DNA from: Reclinomonas americana ATCC 50394
Taxonomy: Eukaryota
NCBI GenBank assembly: GCA_048213135.1
Contig: PS015010.1
Span: 1,488,001-1,552,000 of the forward strand
Length of the DNA stretch: 64,000 nucleotides
Direction: 5' to 3'
Position numbers and translations under genes: made by a program
The notes under the pieces: generated by a model
Databases searched by the model: none
Seen by the model: only the letters and a program-made list of their open reading frames with translations
What the model was told of the DNA's origin: nothing
Shown: positions 11,381 through 19,941 of the stretch, in pieces
How positions within the stretch are numbered: the first letter of the stretch is position 1
Layout of the letters: each line of letters starts with the position of its first letter

Positions 11381-12362
11381 ATGCCGGAGTTAAATTCAAA
11401 TAGCATTGAAGAAAATTATAACCCCGACTTATCGGAGGAAGGTATTCCTGAAAGCAAATCTTCAGAAAAGAATGACGCTCTGGGTGATGACAAAGACGAG
11501 TTGGATAGTGAGGAAATTGAAAATTCTTCCAATGTCCAAAATTACGGAGACGGAAATATTACCGCAATCAAGTCCGAAATTGGCGGGATAATTAATAATC
11601 ATATTACAATAGGACTTGATGAAATTCTACTTAATAGCTTAAGAGCCAGGCCTGGTGACTATCCTAATGTGGATGCGGACTTCAATAGAGAATATAAAAA
11701 TACACTGGCACATATAAAGAATAAGCTGAGGGATAAAGACTTTGATAAAGCGTATGAATATTGCCAAAAGGCTGAAGATCTGGCTCCGGCGGAATCCGCT
11801 ACCTGGGAATATTTTGCCCTGACTGAATTTCTGCGTGAAATCAATAAAAAAGAAAAAAGAAAAAGAAAACCGGTACGGGAGATTGTAAGGGCTGTAAAAA
11901 AATCATCTCGAAAAAGGAAAAGACCACGGTTTAAGTGGAATAAAGTATGAAGAAATAACCAATGATATAGCAAACCAGTTGTTTAAACTTCAAAGAGCAA
12001 GGATTAACTCTATCGGTCCTTCTTCAAGAGATTCTAACGGAATTGAAATATGGGGAGGTGCTGAACTTCGGGCCTGTTTGTTTTTTTTGACTTCCTATGA
12101 ACAATGTTTCATTTTAAACCCGGAAGTAAAATTTCTTGAGGAATATGTTGCTGAACTAAGTAAGCCATATAAATGGATTGTGAGGAATTCGCAGGGAAAT
12201 TTATTAAGCAGACCAGTATTTGGTAATTTTTCCGCAGTTGAAAAAAGGGATAACCTGTTGACAAAACTGAGGTCTTTAAATTCCACTTTTCAGCCAGTTG
12301 AAATTAAAGAAGAGCGAATTACTATTCTACCAGATCTCATAAGGGTAATTTCAATCGAATAA
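11381..12362 (+). pseudogene. helical (TPR-like) protein split by a +1 frameshift in an A7 run (ORFs 11381-11950 and 11979-12362)
   Basis: Removing one A from 11896-11902 gives ...RAVKNHLEKGKDHGLSG...IANQLFKLQR, in frame with the second ORF. One TPR-like unit DFDKAYEYCQKAEDLAPAESATWEYFA. Confidence 0.7.
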
Positions 12363-12380
12363 CAATCTTAATACGACAAA

Positions 12381-13493
12381 ATGAAAGAATTACAGTTTAA
12401 ACTTCCTGGTGGCAAAACCCTGAGGGTTGAGTTAGAAGAAACGGTCTTGGTAAATGCTTTCCTCCTGAAACTGAAAGAGGATCAAATACTTGATTCAACT
12501 AAGCCATTCATACTAAGCTCGTTATCAGGCAGCATTATTTCAGAAAGCACCCCGTTTAGATTCCTGCAGGATGAAATGTACTTAATCACTGAACAAAGCC
12601 CGGATGCGATTATCGTCCAGGAAGAAGAGAGCAAGTTAAAACAACAGTTTAAAAATAAATCACCAATGGATTCAGAAATATCACCTAAATATCCCGGGAA
12701 CGTAATACAAAACACAGAGCCCAGAACCGGAGATAAAATCATAATCCCTCCTGGTAAATTAGCTGCAAAATGTGAAGATCATAATTTTGAGAAAAGACGA
12801 AATGTGGCTTTGGACAATAGTAGTGTTATGAATACCTGGATAAAGATTCCCCGCTGCAAATTTATGTCTGACGATCCTTTAGCGAAAAGAGCAAAGGAAA
12901 TAAAAAAGAAAATACAGGAAGGGAATAGCATTTCAATCAGTAAAACCGGGGAAGTGAATCCCACTCTGACTGACACCAGTAAAACCGGGAAAAATATCCA
13001 GATCCCCCCGGGAAAATTGGCCAATTTTTATTGGTATCAGCGGGATCGTGAGCTTTATGAAGCGGAAATAGAAGCAATGAATCTTTCTTTTCCTGCGTTC
13101 AAACTAAAAAAGCTTGATGATGGAAGATTGTATTGGGAAGGTGATATACAACCAAAAGTATGGGGCAATACAAGTTATCGCTTATTGATTGTATACGATA
13201 ACAATCATCCCAGTACAAGTACTTATGGTGGTTCTGTAAAATGTTACTTAGTTGACCCTTCCATCGAGGAACTGGAAGCCAAACACGGCAGAGTTCTTCC
13301 TCATATTATGAAAGACACTGCGAATAACAGGTATTTATGTACTAATTCCACTGAGATTTTTAAAGATTCTGCAACACATAGTACCTCAGCATCTACATGC
13401 CTGAGATGGGCCGTCAAGTGGCTTCTCGTTTATGAATTGTTCGATGCAAAAGAAATCTCATACACCGAATTTTCTAGTCACGATAAGTTTTAA
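12381..13493 (+). CDS. ubiquitin-like N-domain + repeated IPPGKLA linker + E2 (UBC-like) C-domain
   Basis: N-terminal ~70 aa has a beta-grasp-like pattern (LQFKLPGGKTLRVEL...). C-domain has E2 hallmarks: ELYEAEIEAM..FP, LYWEGDI, IVYDNNHP, PH-x10-LC (Cys320). Confidence 0.7.
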   Translation: MKELQFKLPGGKTLRVELEETVLVNAFLLKLKEDQILDSTKPFILSSLSGSIISESTPFRFLQDEMYLITEQSPDAIIVQEEESKLKQQFKNKSPMDSEISPKYPGNVIQNTEPRTGDKIIIPPGKLAAKCEDHNFEKRRNVALDNSSVMNTWIKIPRCKFMSDDPLAKRAKEIKKKIQEGNSISISKTGEVNPTLTDTSKTGKNIQIPPGKLANFYWYQRDRELYEAEIEAMNLSFPAFKLKKLDDGRLYWEGDIQPKVWGNTSYRLLIVYDNNHPSTSTYGGSVKCYLVDPSIEELEAKHGRVLPHIMKDTANNRYLCTNSTEIFKDSATHSTSASTCLRWAVKWLLVYELFDAKEISYTEFSSHDKF

Positions 13494-13498
13494 TCCAT

Positions 13499-14461
13499 AT
13501 GCATGAAAGCAATAAAATAGTTTTTTCTAACAGAGCCTTTAACTCAATTGTATGTGAGACTTACGATAGAATCGCTACAGAAACAGGCGGAATATTGCTG
13601 GGAAGCACTATTGACGGCATTTGGTACGTAGTGGAAGTAATAGATCCCGGCCCTGGCTCGATCTTCACGATTTCTTATTTTGAATACGATACGGCTTATG
13701 TTAATCATCTTGCAAAAGTAATTTCGAAACAATACGAGATTGAACTCGCAGTTTTAGGTTTATGGCACAGGCATCCAGGATGCATGGATACTTTTTCCCT
13801 GACTGATAATATTACAAATACCGAATTTTCAAAACTGCTCCCAAAAGGGGCATTGTCAGGATTGGTAAATATTGATCCTCTACTACGCCTGACTATGTAC
13901 CATGTTTCTTTTCCGTTAAAATATACAAAACTACCTTTTGAAATTGGAGACCACCTGTTTCCTTCCGGCTTATTGAAATACACTCATTCATTTTCGCAAA
14001 AGAGCAGTTATAGCGGGATGCCCCAACCGGCCTATGAAGCAACATTAATTATTGAGAAACCAAACCCGGTGAGATCCATATTTAATAAATTCGTCTACCC
14101 CATTTTTAGAAAATTCAAAACTACTGGTGTCCGTGACAGCTATTCTCCAAACATTAGCAATGCTCCTGGAATGAAAGAGAAGGACGAAGATCATTTGATT
14201 GACTTATATGCGTATGAAGAATTGCAATTGGAAAGCAACTTTAAAGCAAAGTATGAAAGCGAGGTAAAAGACAATAAGATTATTTATAAGATAAATGAGT
14301 TGGGTGATGGCCTGAACCCTGAATTACCCATTTTCTTCACTGTCAACTTAGACCCTGCTAATCCAATTTTTCAATGTACAGATATAGACTATAAGTTCAG
14401 CCCAGGAATATTTACAAGGTATGTTGACAGTAAAATAGAAAATAAACAATTCAAAGGTTAA
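13499..14461 (+). CDS. prokaryotic JAB/MPN+ metallo-isopeptidase with C-terminal extension
   Basis: ETGGILLG, VIDPGP, GLWHRHP-x5-S-x2-D complete JAMM motif. Confidence 0.9.
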   Translation: MHESNKIVFSNRAFNSIVCETYDRIATETGGILLGSTIDGIWYVVEVIDPGPGSIFTISYFEYDTAYVNHLAKVISKQYEIELAVLGLWHRHPGCMDTFSLTDNITNTEFSKLLPKGALSGLVNIDPLLRLTMYHVSFPLKYTKLPFEIGDHLFPSGLLKYTHSFSQKSSYSGMPQPAYEATLIIEKPNPVRSIFNKFVYPIFRKFKTTGVRDSYSPNISNAPGMKEKDEDHLIDLYAYEELQLESNFKAKYESEVKDNKIIYKINELGDGLNPELPIFFTVNLDPANPIFQCTDIDYKFSPGIFTRYVDSKIENKQFKG

Positions 14462-14471
14462 TTCTGCAAAG

Positions 14472-15707
14472 ATGAATCCACTAAAGCCAGTTAACGAACA
14501 TGCACCCCGCGTTTTTTTTCCGGAATTCCTTTTGGAAAGTGACTACTGTGGTAGCATCTTGGGATACTATCATGCAAACACATCCGTATTTAATATTATT
14601 TGCACAGACGAAGTAATAAATACAGCGCTCGCAGGCGCCAATGCGATAGGGCAAATAATAAACATTGACGAAAATGGAGTTTTTTTTAAACCCACTCGAA
14701 ATATTGAGTATGCCGGCCAAGAGAAAGAAGTAGTGCACTTTGTTGAAAAACCAAGTCTGGGTCAAACGCAAATTCTCGGGATCAGAAAAGGAAAAAATAT
14801 AGACTTTTTCACAAGTAAAGGCGTTAAATGCGAATCTGAACCTTATTCGTTGATTAACGACGTGTTTTCCAGGAATACTAATATACTGGAGACGAGTTTA
14901 ATGTTAGAGAAAACGGTTATCATTTCAGGTTGTGGCTCTGTTGGAAGTTTGGTTGCTTTGGAACTTGCAAGAGCGGGTGTTGGAAAATTCTTGTTAGTAG
15001 ACTATGACCTAGTATCCTATCACAATATTTGTCGTCATCAATGCAGTATTACTGATGTTGGCAAATATAAAATTGATGCGATTGAAGAAAGAATATTACA
15101 AATTAATCCAACTGCGCAAATTGGAAAGTCATACAGCATCATTGAAGAAGTTCCTGAAAAAACATTTCTGGAGTTCTGCAGCAAAAATTCCATTATTATT
15201 GGATGTGCTGACAACAGAGAAGGAGATCTGTATGCGAATTTCATTTCTAAGCTTTACAAGATTCCTTTCTTATCGATCGGTTTTTGGGAAAGGGCGTTTG
15301 CTGGCGAAATATTTTACACGCTTCCAAATGGCATGCCATGCTACAAATGCTTTTATGAAGAAATTGGTGTAGTTATAGAAAGGCCTGCCAATAGGAAATA
15401 CTATACTAATGAAAAACATTTAGAAAAACTGAATTTTGAACCTGGGATTTCGGTTGATATAAATTTTGTAACAACGATTGCTATCAAGCTCGCAATAGAT
15501 ATCCTCAATATTGGCAATGAAAGTTATATTCCAAAAGTGATCGACCACCTTGATCAGTTTACCCTGGTATGCAATACCATTGATGAAAGAATTGGAGGAG
15601 AACAATCTGAATACTTTTCATACCCGCTACAGGTAAGAAAAGGGATTGACATAATCTATTGCTCAAAATGTTTAGAAAAAGAATTTTGCGTTCTGGTAAC
15701 CGAATAA
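14472..15707 (+). CDS. ThiF/E1-family adenylyltransferase
   Basis: GCGSVGS, LARAGVG, VDYDLVSYHNICRH, GKYK, GCADN, zinc pairs CYKC and CSKC. Confidence 0.92.
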   Translation: MNPLKPVNEHAPRVFFPEFLLESDYCGSILGYYHANTSVFNIICTDEVINTALAGANAIGQIINIDENGVFFKPTRNIEYAGQEKEVVHFVEKPSLGQTQILGIRKGKNIDFFTSKGVKCESEPYSLINDVFSRNTNILETSLMLEKTVIISGCGSVGSLVALELARAGVGKFLLVDYDLVSYHNICRHQCSITDVGKYKIDAIEERILQINPTAQIGKSYSIIEEVPEKTFLEFCSKNSIIIGCADNREGDLYANFISKLYKIPFLSIGFWERAFAGEIFYTLPNGMPCYKCFYEEIGVVIERPANRKYYTNEKHLEKLNFEPGISVDINFVTTIAIKLAIDILNIGNESYIPKVIDHLDQFTLVCNTIDERIGGEQSEYFSYPLQVRKGIDIIYCSKCLEKEFCVLVTE

Positions 15708-15718
15708 CTTTTCTAGAA

Positions 15719-17170
15719 ATGTCATTCCGCATAGATATAAATGGTGAAATAATCAGGGATAATCAAAATCAAGCTACTGCCCCTAACCCCGGTCCCGAGG
15801 AACGACATTTCAACTTTTTGTGGATAGCGCTGGTATTAATTGTCGTTTTTATTGGATACAAGGTAATATCAAATTTAATTGGAAAGAATGACTATCGCAA
15901 TTCCCGGCAAACTACTTCAACCCAAAGCCCTGGTAATTCTCCATACTTGCAACCATCAACAAGCAATTCCACTTTTTCATCCTCTGCCGAAAATCAAAAT
16001 GGAGTTGAGGATCATAAAGTAATAATTTTAAATGGCAAATGGGTCCAGATTGAGGAAGCAAACCATGGCACCCGTAACATTGGTTTAGCCATTTTATTCC
16101 AGGAAAATATTGGAACAGTTATTTATGTCCCCAATTCCTCATCCCCTTACCATGCAGGCCAGGTAATATGGAAAGATTTTGACCCTGAAAGGCAGTGGAT
16201 CAAGCAATACATTACCACTTCTGACAATTACCTGAACATTGAAATCAAGTTCAAAGATTCTAACACTATCGATTTATATGGGAATATCTTTCGAAGACAG
16301 CCTTCTCCCGAAAGCGAAACTACGCAAGCTGTTACCCCTTACCCGGATAAGGAAAAAATTGAGGCCGATCTGTTAGGAAAAAAAATGACAAACTGGAATT
16401 TTGACTACCTCCAAGAATTCCAGGACTTTAATATTCTGCACGAAGAAATAAGCGATGGTTACCTGTACCAGACGATAGAACTTAAGTTGGTAGATTTAAA
16501 TACCAGTAACAATTATAATTCTGAAATCGTAGTAACATACTTAAACGCGAATAATGGGTGGGAATTTGTTAGTGTTAAGCAAAATTCATATTCCCAAATT
16601 CCAGCATCAACTCCTCCGGTAGAAAATGGTACAAATCAGGATAATGCCCCTGTTTCGGTAACTCCCTCCGCGCCCGAAAGAAGTAGTTCAAACAAGGATA
16701 AGAGTTCTGTTCCGTCAACTTCTAATAATTTCTCGGGTCACTATTCAGGAATAATATTTAATAAAGGCTATACGAATATTGGCGACTATATTTATTACAG
16801 AACAAATAATTGTAGCGTGGATGACGTGTTTTTTATGGACAGGAATGACAATAAAGTTTCCGGCAATATTGTAAATGAGGGGCAGCCCATATATTTATCA
16901 ATGACCCTGGGTAAATTTACAAAAAGAAGCGAAAAATTCCGTTATTCCATATCCAGCTATATGGAAGATGAGGAGGGTACCGTTTATGCCAAATCAGAAA
17001 ACGTAGTTTCTGAATCTTCTACACCTTATTTGGGTATCGCAATTGGAGGAGGCTTACGCAGGCTACCTGTAAACACAAGAAGTTTGAATATATATATAAG
17101 TTTTAGAATCGATGATAAATTCTCTGATGCTAAATTAGAAGGTTTTTATAAAATAGTTGTGGTGCGTTAA
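15719..17170 (+). CDS. single-pass membrane protein with several extracytoplasmic domains
   Basis: ATG 11 nt after the E1 stop; TM FLWIALVLIVVFIGYKVI; Ser/Thr/Pro linkers separating three beta-rich segments. Confidence 0.75.
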   Translation: MSFRIDINGEIIRDNQNQATAPNPGPEERHFNFLWIALVLIVVFIGYKVISNLIGKNDYRNSRQTTSTQSPGNSPYLQPSTSNSTFSSSAENQNGVEDHKVIILNGKWVQIEEANHGTRNIGLAILFQENIGTVIYVPNSSSPYHAGQVIWKDFDPERQWIKQYITTSDNYLNIEIKFKDSNTIDLYGNIFRRQPSPESETTQAVTPYPDKEKIEADLLGKKMTNWNFDYLQEFQDFNILHEEISDGYLYQTIELKLVDLNTSNNYNSEIVVTYLNANNGWEFVSVKQNSYSQIPASTPPVENGTNQDNAPVSVTPSAPERSSSNKDKSSVPSTSNNFSGHYSGIIFNKGYTNIGDYIYYRTNNCSVDDVFFMDRNDNKVSGNIVNEGQPIYLSMTLGKFTKRSEKFRYSISSYMEDEEGTVYAKSENVVSESSTPYLGIAIGGGLRRLPVNTRSLNIYISFRIDDKFSDAKLEGFYKIVVVR

Positions 17171-17189
17171 AAACGCCCTCTACATTAAC

Positions 17190-17349
17190 ACCATAATCTT
17201 CCTTATATTTTAAAACCCGGGAAGTATCGGCAGAAGTAAATTTGGAATGACCAATATTATGCTCATACAAACGCCGGTCAAGACCAGTACAGGCACCAAC
17301 AATAGTATTTCCCGAGCTTTTCTGAATAAATAATGTAAACAAAGGGCAT
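17190..17349 (-). pseudogene. GIY-YIG nuclease pseudogene
   Basis: MPFVYIIYSEKLGKYY [extra T] VGACTGLDRRLYEHNIGHSKFT...VLKYKEDY; frameshifted and lacking the C-terminal E...K helix. Confidence 0.8.
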
Positions 17350-17390
17350 GAAAATGAAAAACGCCTCTGGAATATTCAGAGGCGTTTTCG

Positions 17391-17463
17391 TGATCCCGCT
17401 GGGACTCGAACCCAGGGCCCATACATTAAAAGTGTATTGCTCTACCAACTGAGCTACGGAATC
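17391..17463 (-). tRNA. tRNA-Lys(TTT)
   Basis: Cloverleaf gattccg/cgggatc, D arm gctc..gagc, anticodon arm ataca-cttttaa-tgtat, T loop ttcgagt. Confidence 0.97.
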
Positions 17464-17489
17464 AGCCGTACCGTTTTTAAACGGGAGTG

Positions 17490-17520
17490 CAAAAATAAGA
17501 CAAAAACACATTGCATCAAA
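17490..17520 (-). promoter_or_regulatory. Bacteroidota sigma-A promoter of tRNA-Lys
   Basis: TTTG (-33), 19-nt spacer, TATTTTTG (-7) on the minus strand. Confidence 0.75.
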
Positions 17521-17615
17521 TTTTTTGGCAAAAGTTTTTTGAAATTTCCCGGAAACAACCGCCTGATTTATATACAACAGCAACAGAACTCACTTATTTT
17601 TGTGCATATTTTTTT

Positions 17616-18425
17616 ATGAGCACATTTTTCAAAGATAAAGTGGTGGTAGTCACCGGCGGAAGCGATGGCATCGGCAAAGCGCTGATCGACCTCCTCCTCC
17701 CCATGGGTGCCCATGTTGCTACCTGCGGGCGCAACCAGGATAAACTGTACGATCTGCAGGTAAAACACTCCGGCCGCAGCCTGCATACCATGGTGGCGGA
17801 CGTGAGTAACCAGCGCGACTGCGAGAATTTTATCAGCTCCACGCTGAAAGTGTTCGGCAGGATTGATATCCTCATCAACAATGCCGGTATTTCTATGCGC
17901 TCACTGCTAAAGGAGGCCGATATCGACGTTTTCCGGAAGGTGATGGAGATCAACTATTTTGGCACGGTTTACTGTACCAAGCTGGCTCTGGACTCCATCC
18001 GCGAAAATAAAGGCAGTATTGTGGCGGTATCCTCCATCGCCGGTTATCGGGGGCTGCCCGGGCGAAGTGGTTACTCTGCCAGCAAATTCGCAGTTAATGG
18101 CTGGATGGAAGCCATCCGCACCGAACTGATGGACGATGGCGTGAATGTACTCTGGGTATGCCCCGGTTTTACCAGTTCCAACATCAGGAACGCGGCACTC
18201 AACAGCCACGGACAGGCGCAGGGAGAAAGCCCGCTGGATGAAGGCTCCCTTATGAGCGCAGAAGAATGCGCCCACCATATCCTTAAAGCCATTGAAAAAA
18301 GAAAAAGGACACTGGTACTCACGTTCACCGGTAAACGAACCGTTTTCATGAACCGGTTCTTCCCGGCGTGGACCGACAAACTGGTAAAGAAATTCTTTTT
18401 CAAAAAAGGACAACTCGTTAAATAA
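17616..18425 (+). CDS. short-chain dehydrogenase/reductase
   Basis: TGGSDGIG, NNAG, YSASK motifs. Confidence 0.95.
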   Translation: MSTFFKDKVVVVTGGSDGIGKALIDLLLPMGAHVATCGRNQDKLYDLQVKHSGRSLHTMVADVSNQRDCENFISSTLKVFGRIDILINNAGISMRSLLKEADIDVFRKVMEINYFGTVYCTKLALDSIRENKGSIVAVSSIAGYRGLPGRSGYSASKFAVNGWMEAIRTELMDDGVNVLWVCPGFTSSNIRNAALNSHGQAQGESPLDEGSLMSAEECAHHILKAIEKRKRTLVLTFTGKRTVFMNRFFPAWTDKLVKKFFFKKGQLVK

Positions 18426-18466
18426 ACAGAACGAAACCGCTTTATATCATATAAGCATCACCGACA

Positions 18467-19294
18467 TTGCCATTACTAACCCTAACATCGGATATTGGTC
18501 AGCAGGACTTCCTGGTGGGCGCCGTTAAGGGTCTGTTGTTACAGGGTATTGATGGCTTTTCGCTGGTAGACATCACCCACCAGCTTTCCCCTTTCAATTA
18601 CCCGCAGGCCGCCTATGTATGCCGCAACGCGATAAGGAATTTCCCCGAAGGAAGCGTACACCTGGTACTGGTGAACCTGTTTGACGAAAGACCGGAACAT
18701 CTTTTGCTCGCCAGGCACAACGGGCAGTATATCGGCTGTGCCGACAACGGGCTCATCACCATGATACTGGAAGAAGTGCCTGAAAAAGTAGTAGCCCTCC
18801 CGCTCGACAAGGCCCAGCAAAAGAATACACTCTACTGCAGCAGTGTCTTCGCCAAAGCCATCGACGGCATCAGTAAAGGCATTCCTATGGAAGAGCTGGG
18901 CGACCCGGGTGTATCCATCAATGTTAAAAACCCGTTGAAACCCATGCTTGGGAGCGACTGGATAGAAGGACAGATCATTTTTATTGATAATTTTGAGAAT
19001 GTTATCGTGAATATCAGCCGCGAAGAATTTGAGGAACAAAGAAAAGGCCGCAGTTTTAAGATCGTTTTTAAGCGAGATGAGGTCATCGATCATATCAGTG
19101 AAACCTATGCCGATGTGAATGAAGGGGAAAAACTGGCTCTCTTCAATTCTGCAGGTTACCTGGAAATAGCGATCAACAAAGGCAATGCTGCCGGCCTGCT
19201 GGGTTTACAGGGCTTTTCGGAAAAACAGGTGCAGCAAAACCAGTATATGAACAACAGGTTATTCTACCAGACTGTGAAGGTTTATTTTGAATAG
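18467..19294 (+). CDS. SAM hydroxide adenosyltransferase (DUF62, chlorinase/fluorinase family)
   Basis: LTLTSDIG, VDITH, ADNG, IDNFENV, LEIAINKGNA; TTG start. Confidence 0.88.
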   Translation: MPLLTLTSDIGQQDFLVGAVKGLLLQGIDGFSLVDITHQLSPFNYPQAAYVCRNAIRNFPEGSVHLVLVNLFDERPEHLLLARHNGQYIGCADNGLITMILEEVPEKVVALPLDKAQQKNTLYCSSVFAKAIDGISKGIPMEELGDPGVSINVKNPLKPMLGSDWIEGQIIFIDNFENVIVNISREEFEEQRKGRSFKIVFKRDEVIDHISETYADVNEGEKLALFNSAGYLEIAINKGNAAGLLGLQGFSEKQVQQNQYMNNRLFYQTVKVYFE

Positions 19295-19349
19295 CAGTGA
19301 GGTACCGGCAATAATTAACTTAAAAATATAAACAGTACAGCCTGGCGAA

Positions 19350-19931
19350 TTGGCTTTTTTAAAGAACATACCGAATAATGACGCGACCGACAAGGACCTG
19401 GTAGCTGCTTTTAAAAAAAGTGGAGATCTTGAACCCTTAAGCGTTCTTTACCAAAGATATATGGATCTTGTATTTGGCGTTTGCCTCAAGTACTTTAAAG
19501 ATCCTGAAAGAAGCCGCGACGGGGTAATGGACATTTTCAATGAACTTACCCATAAACTGAAAGCGCACGAGGTGGACAATTTCAAAGGCTGGTTGCACGT
19601 ATTGGCACGGAATTATTGCCTTATGCAGCTGAGGAGCCCCAGGAACCTGAAAACAACAGAATTTAACCCCTCGGTTATGCAATCCGGGCAAAATGCGCAT
19701 CTGAATGGCGAAGTGCTCGAAAAAGAAGAAAATTTCAGGAAGCTGGAACAATGCCTGGAACAGCTTACCGATGAACAAAGAACGGCTGTGAGGTTATTCT
19801 ACCTCGAAAACAAGTGTTATAACGAGATCGCGGAAATAACTGGTTTTGAATGGAATAAGGTAAGAAGTTATATTCAGAACGGCAAACGCAACCTGAAGAT
19901 CTGTATCGAGCAAAAACAATTAAATATCTGA
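19350..19931 (+). CDS. ECF RNA polymerase sigma-70 factor
   Basis: Region 2 (FKGWLHVLARNYC) and region 4 (YNEIAE...VRSYIQNGKRNL); TTG start. Confidence 0.92.
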   Translation: MAFLKNIPNNDATDKDLVAAFKKSGDLEPLSVLYQRYMDLVFGVCLKYFKDPERSRDGVMDIFNELTHKLKAHEVDNFKGWLHVLARNYCLMQLRSPRNLKTTEFNPSVMQSGQNAHLNGEVLEKEENFRKLEQCLEQLTDEQRTAVRLFYLENKCYNEIAEITGFEWNKVRSYIQNGKRNLKICIEQKQLNI

Positions 19932-19941
19932 CGCACCGGCC

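Larger units (their letters stand above)
10661..17356. mobile_element. AT-rich genomic islet at tRNA-Lys 3' end
   Basis: Visibly more AT-rich than flanks, bounded by duplicated hairpin+GTGA, adjacent to a tRNA. No integrase inside. Confidence 0.6.

Noticed and set aside
12381-15707. Canonical CBASS, Bil, or ThiS/MoaD sulfur-transfer operon
   Set aside because: No CD-NTase motif, no stand-alone Gly-terminated Ubl, and no thiamine/molybdopterin/cysteine synthesis genes nearby.
17210-17583. ORFs spanning tRNA-Lys
   Set aside because: Read-through of tRNA sequence; only the 3' part of 17278-17583 belongs to the GIY-YIG pseudogene.
18467-19294. Fluorinase/chlorinase for halometabolite synthesis
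   Set aside because: Housekeeping context; the DUF62 SAM hydrolase subfamily is the more parsimonious call.
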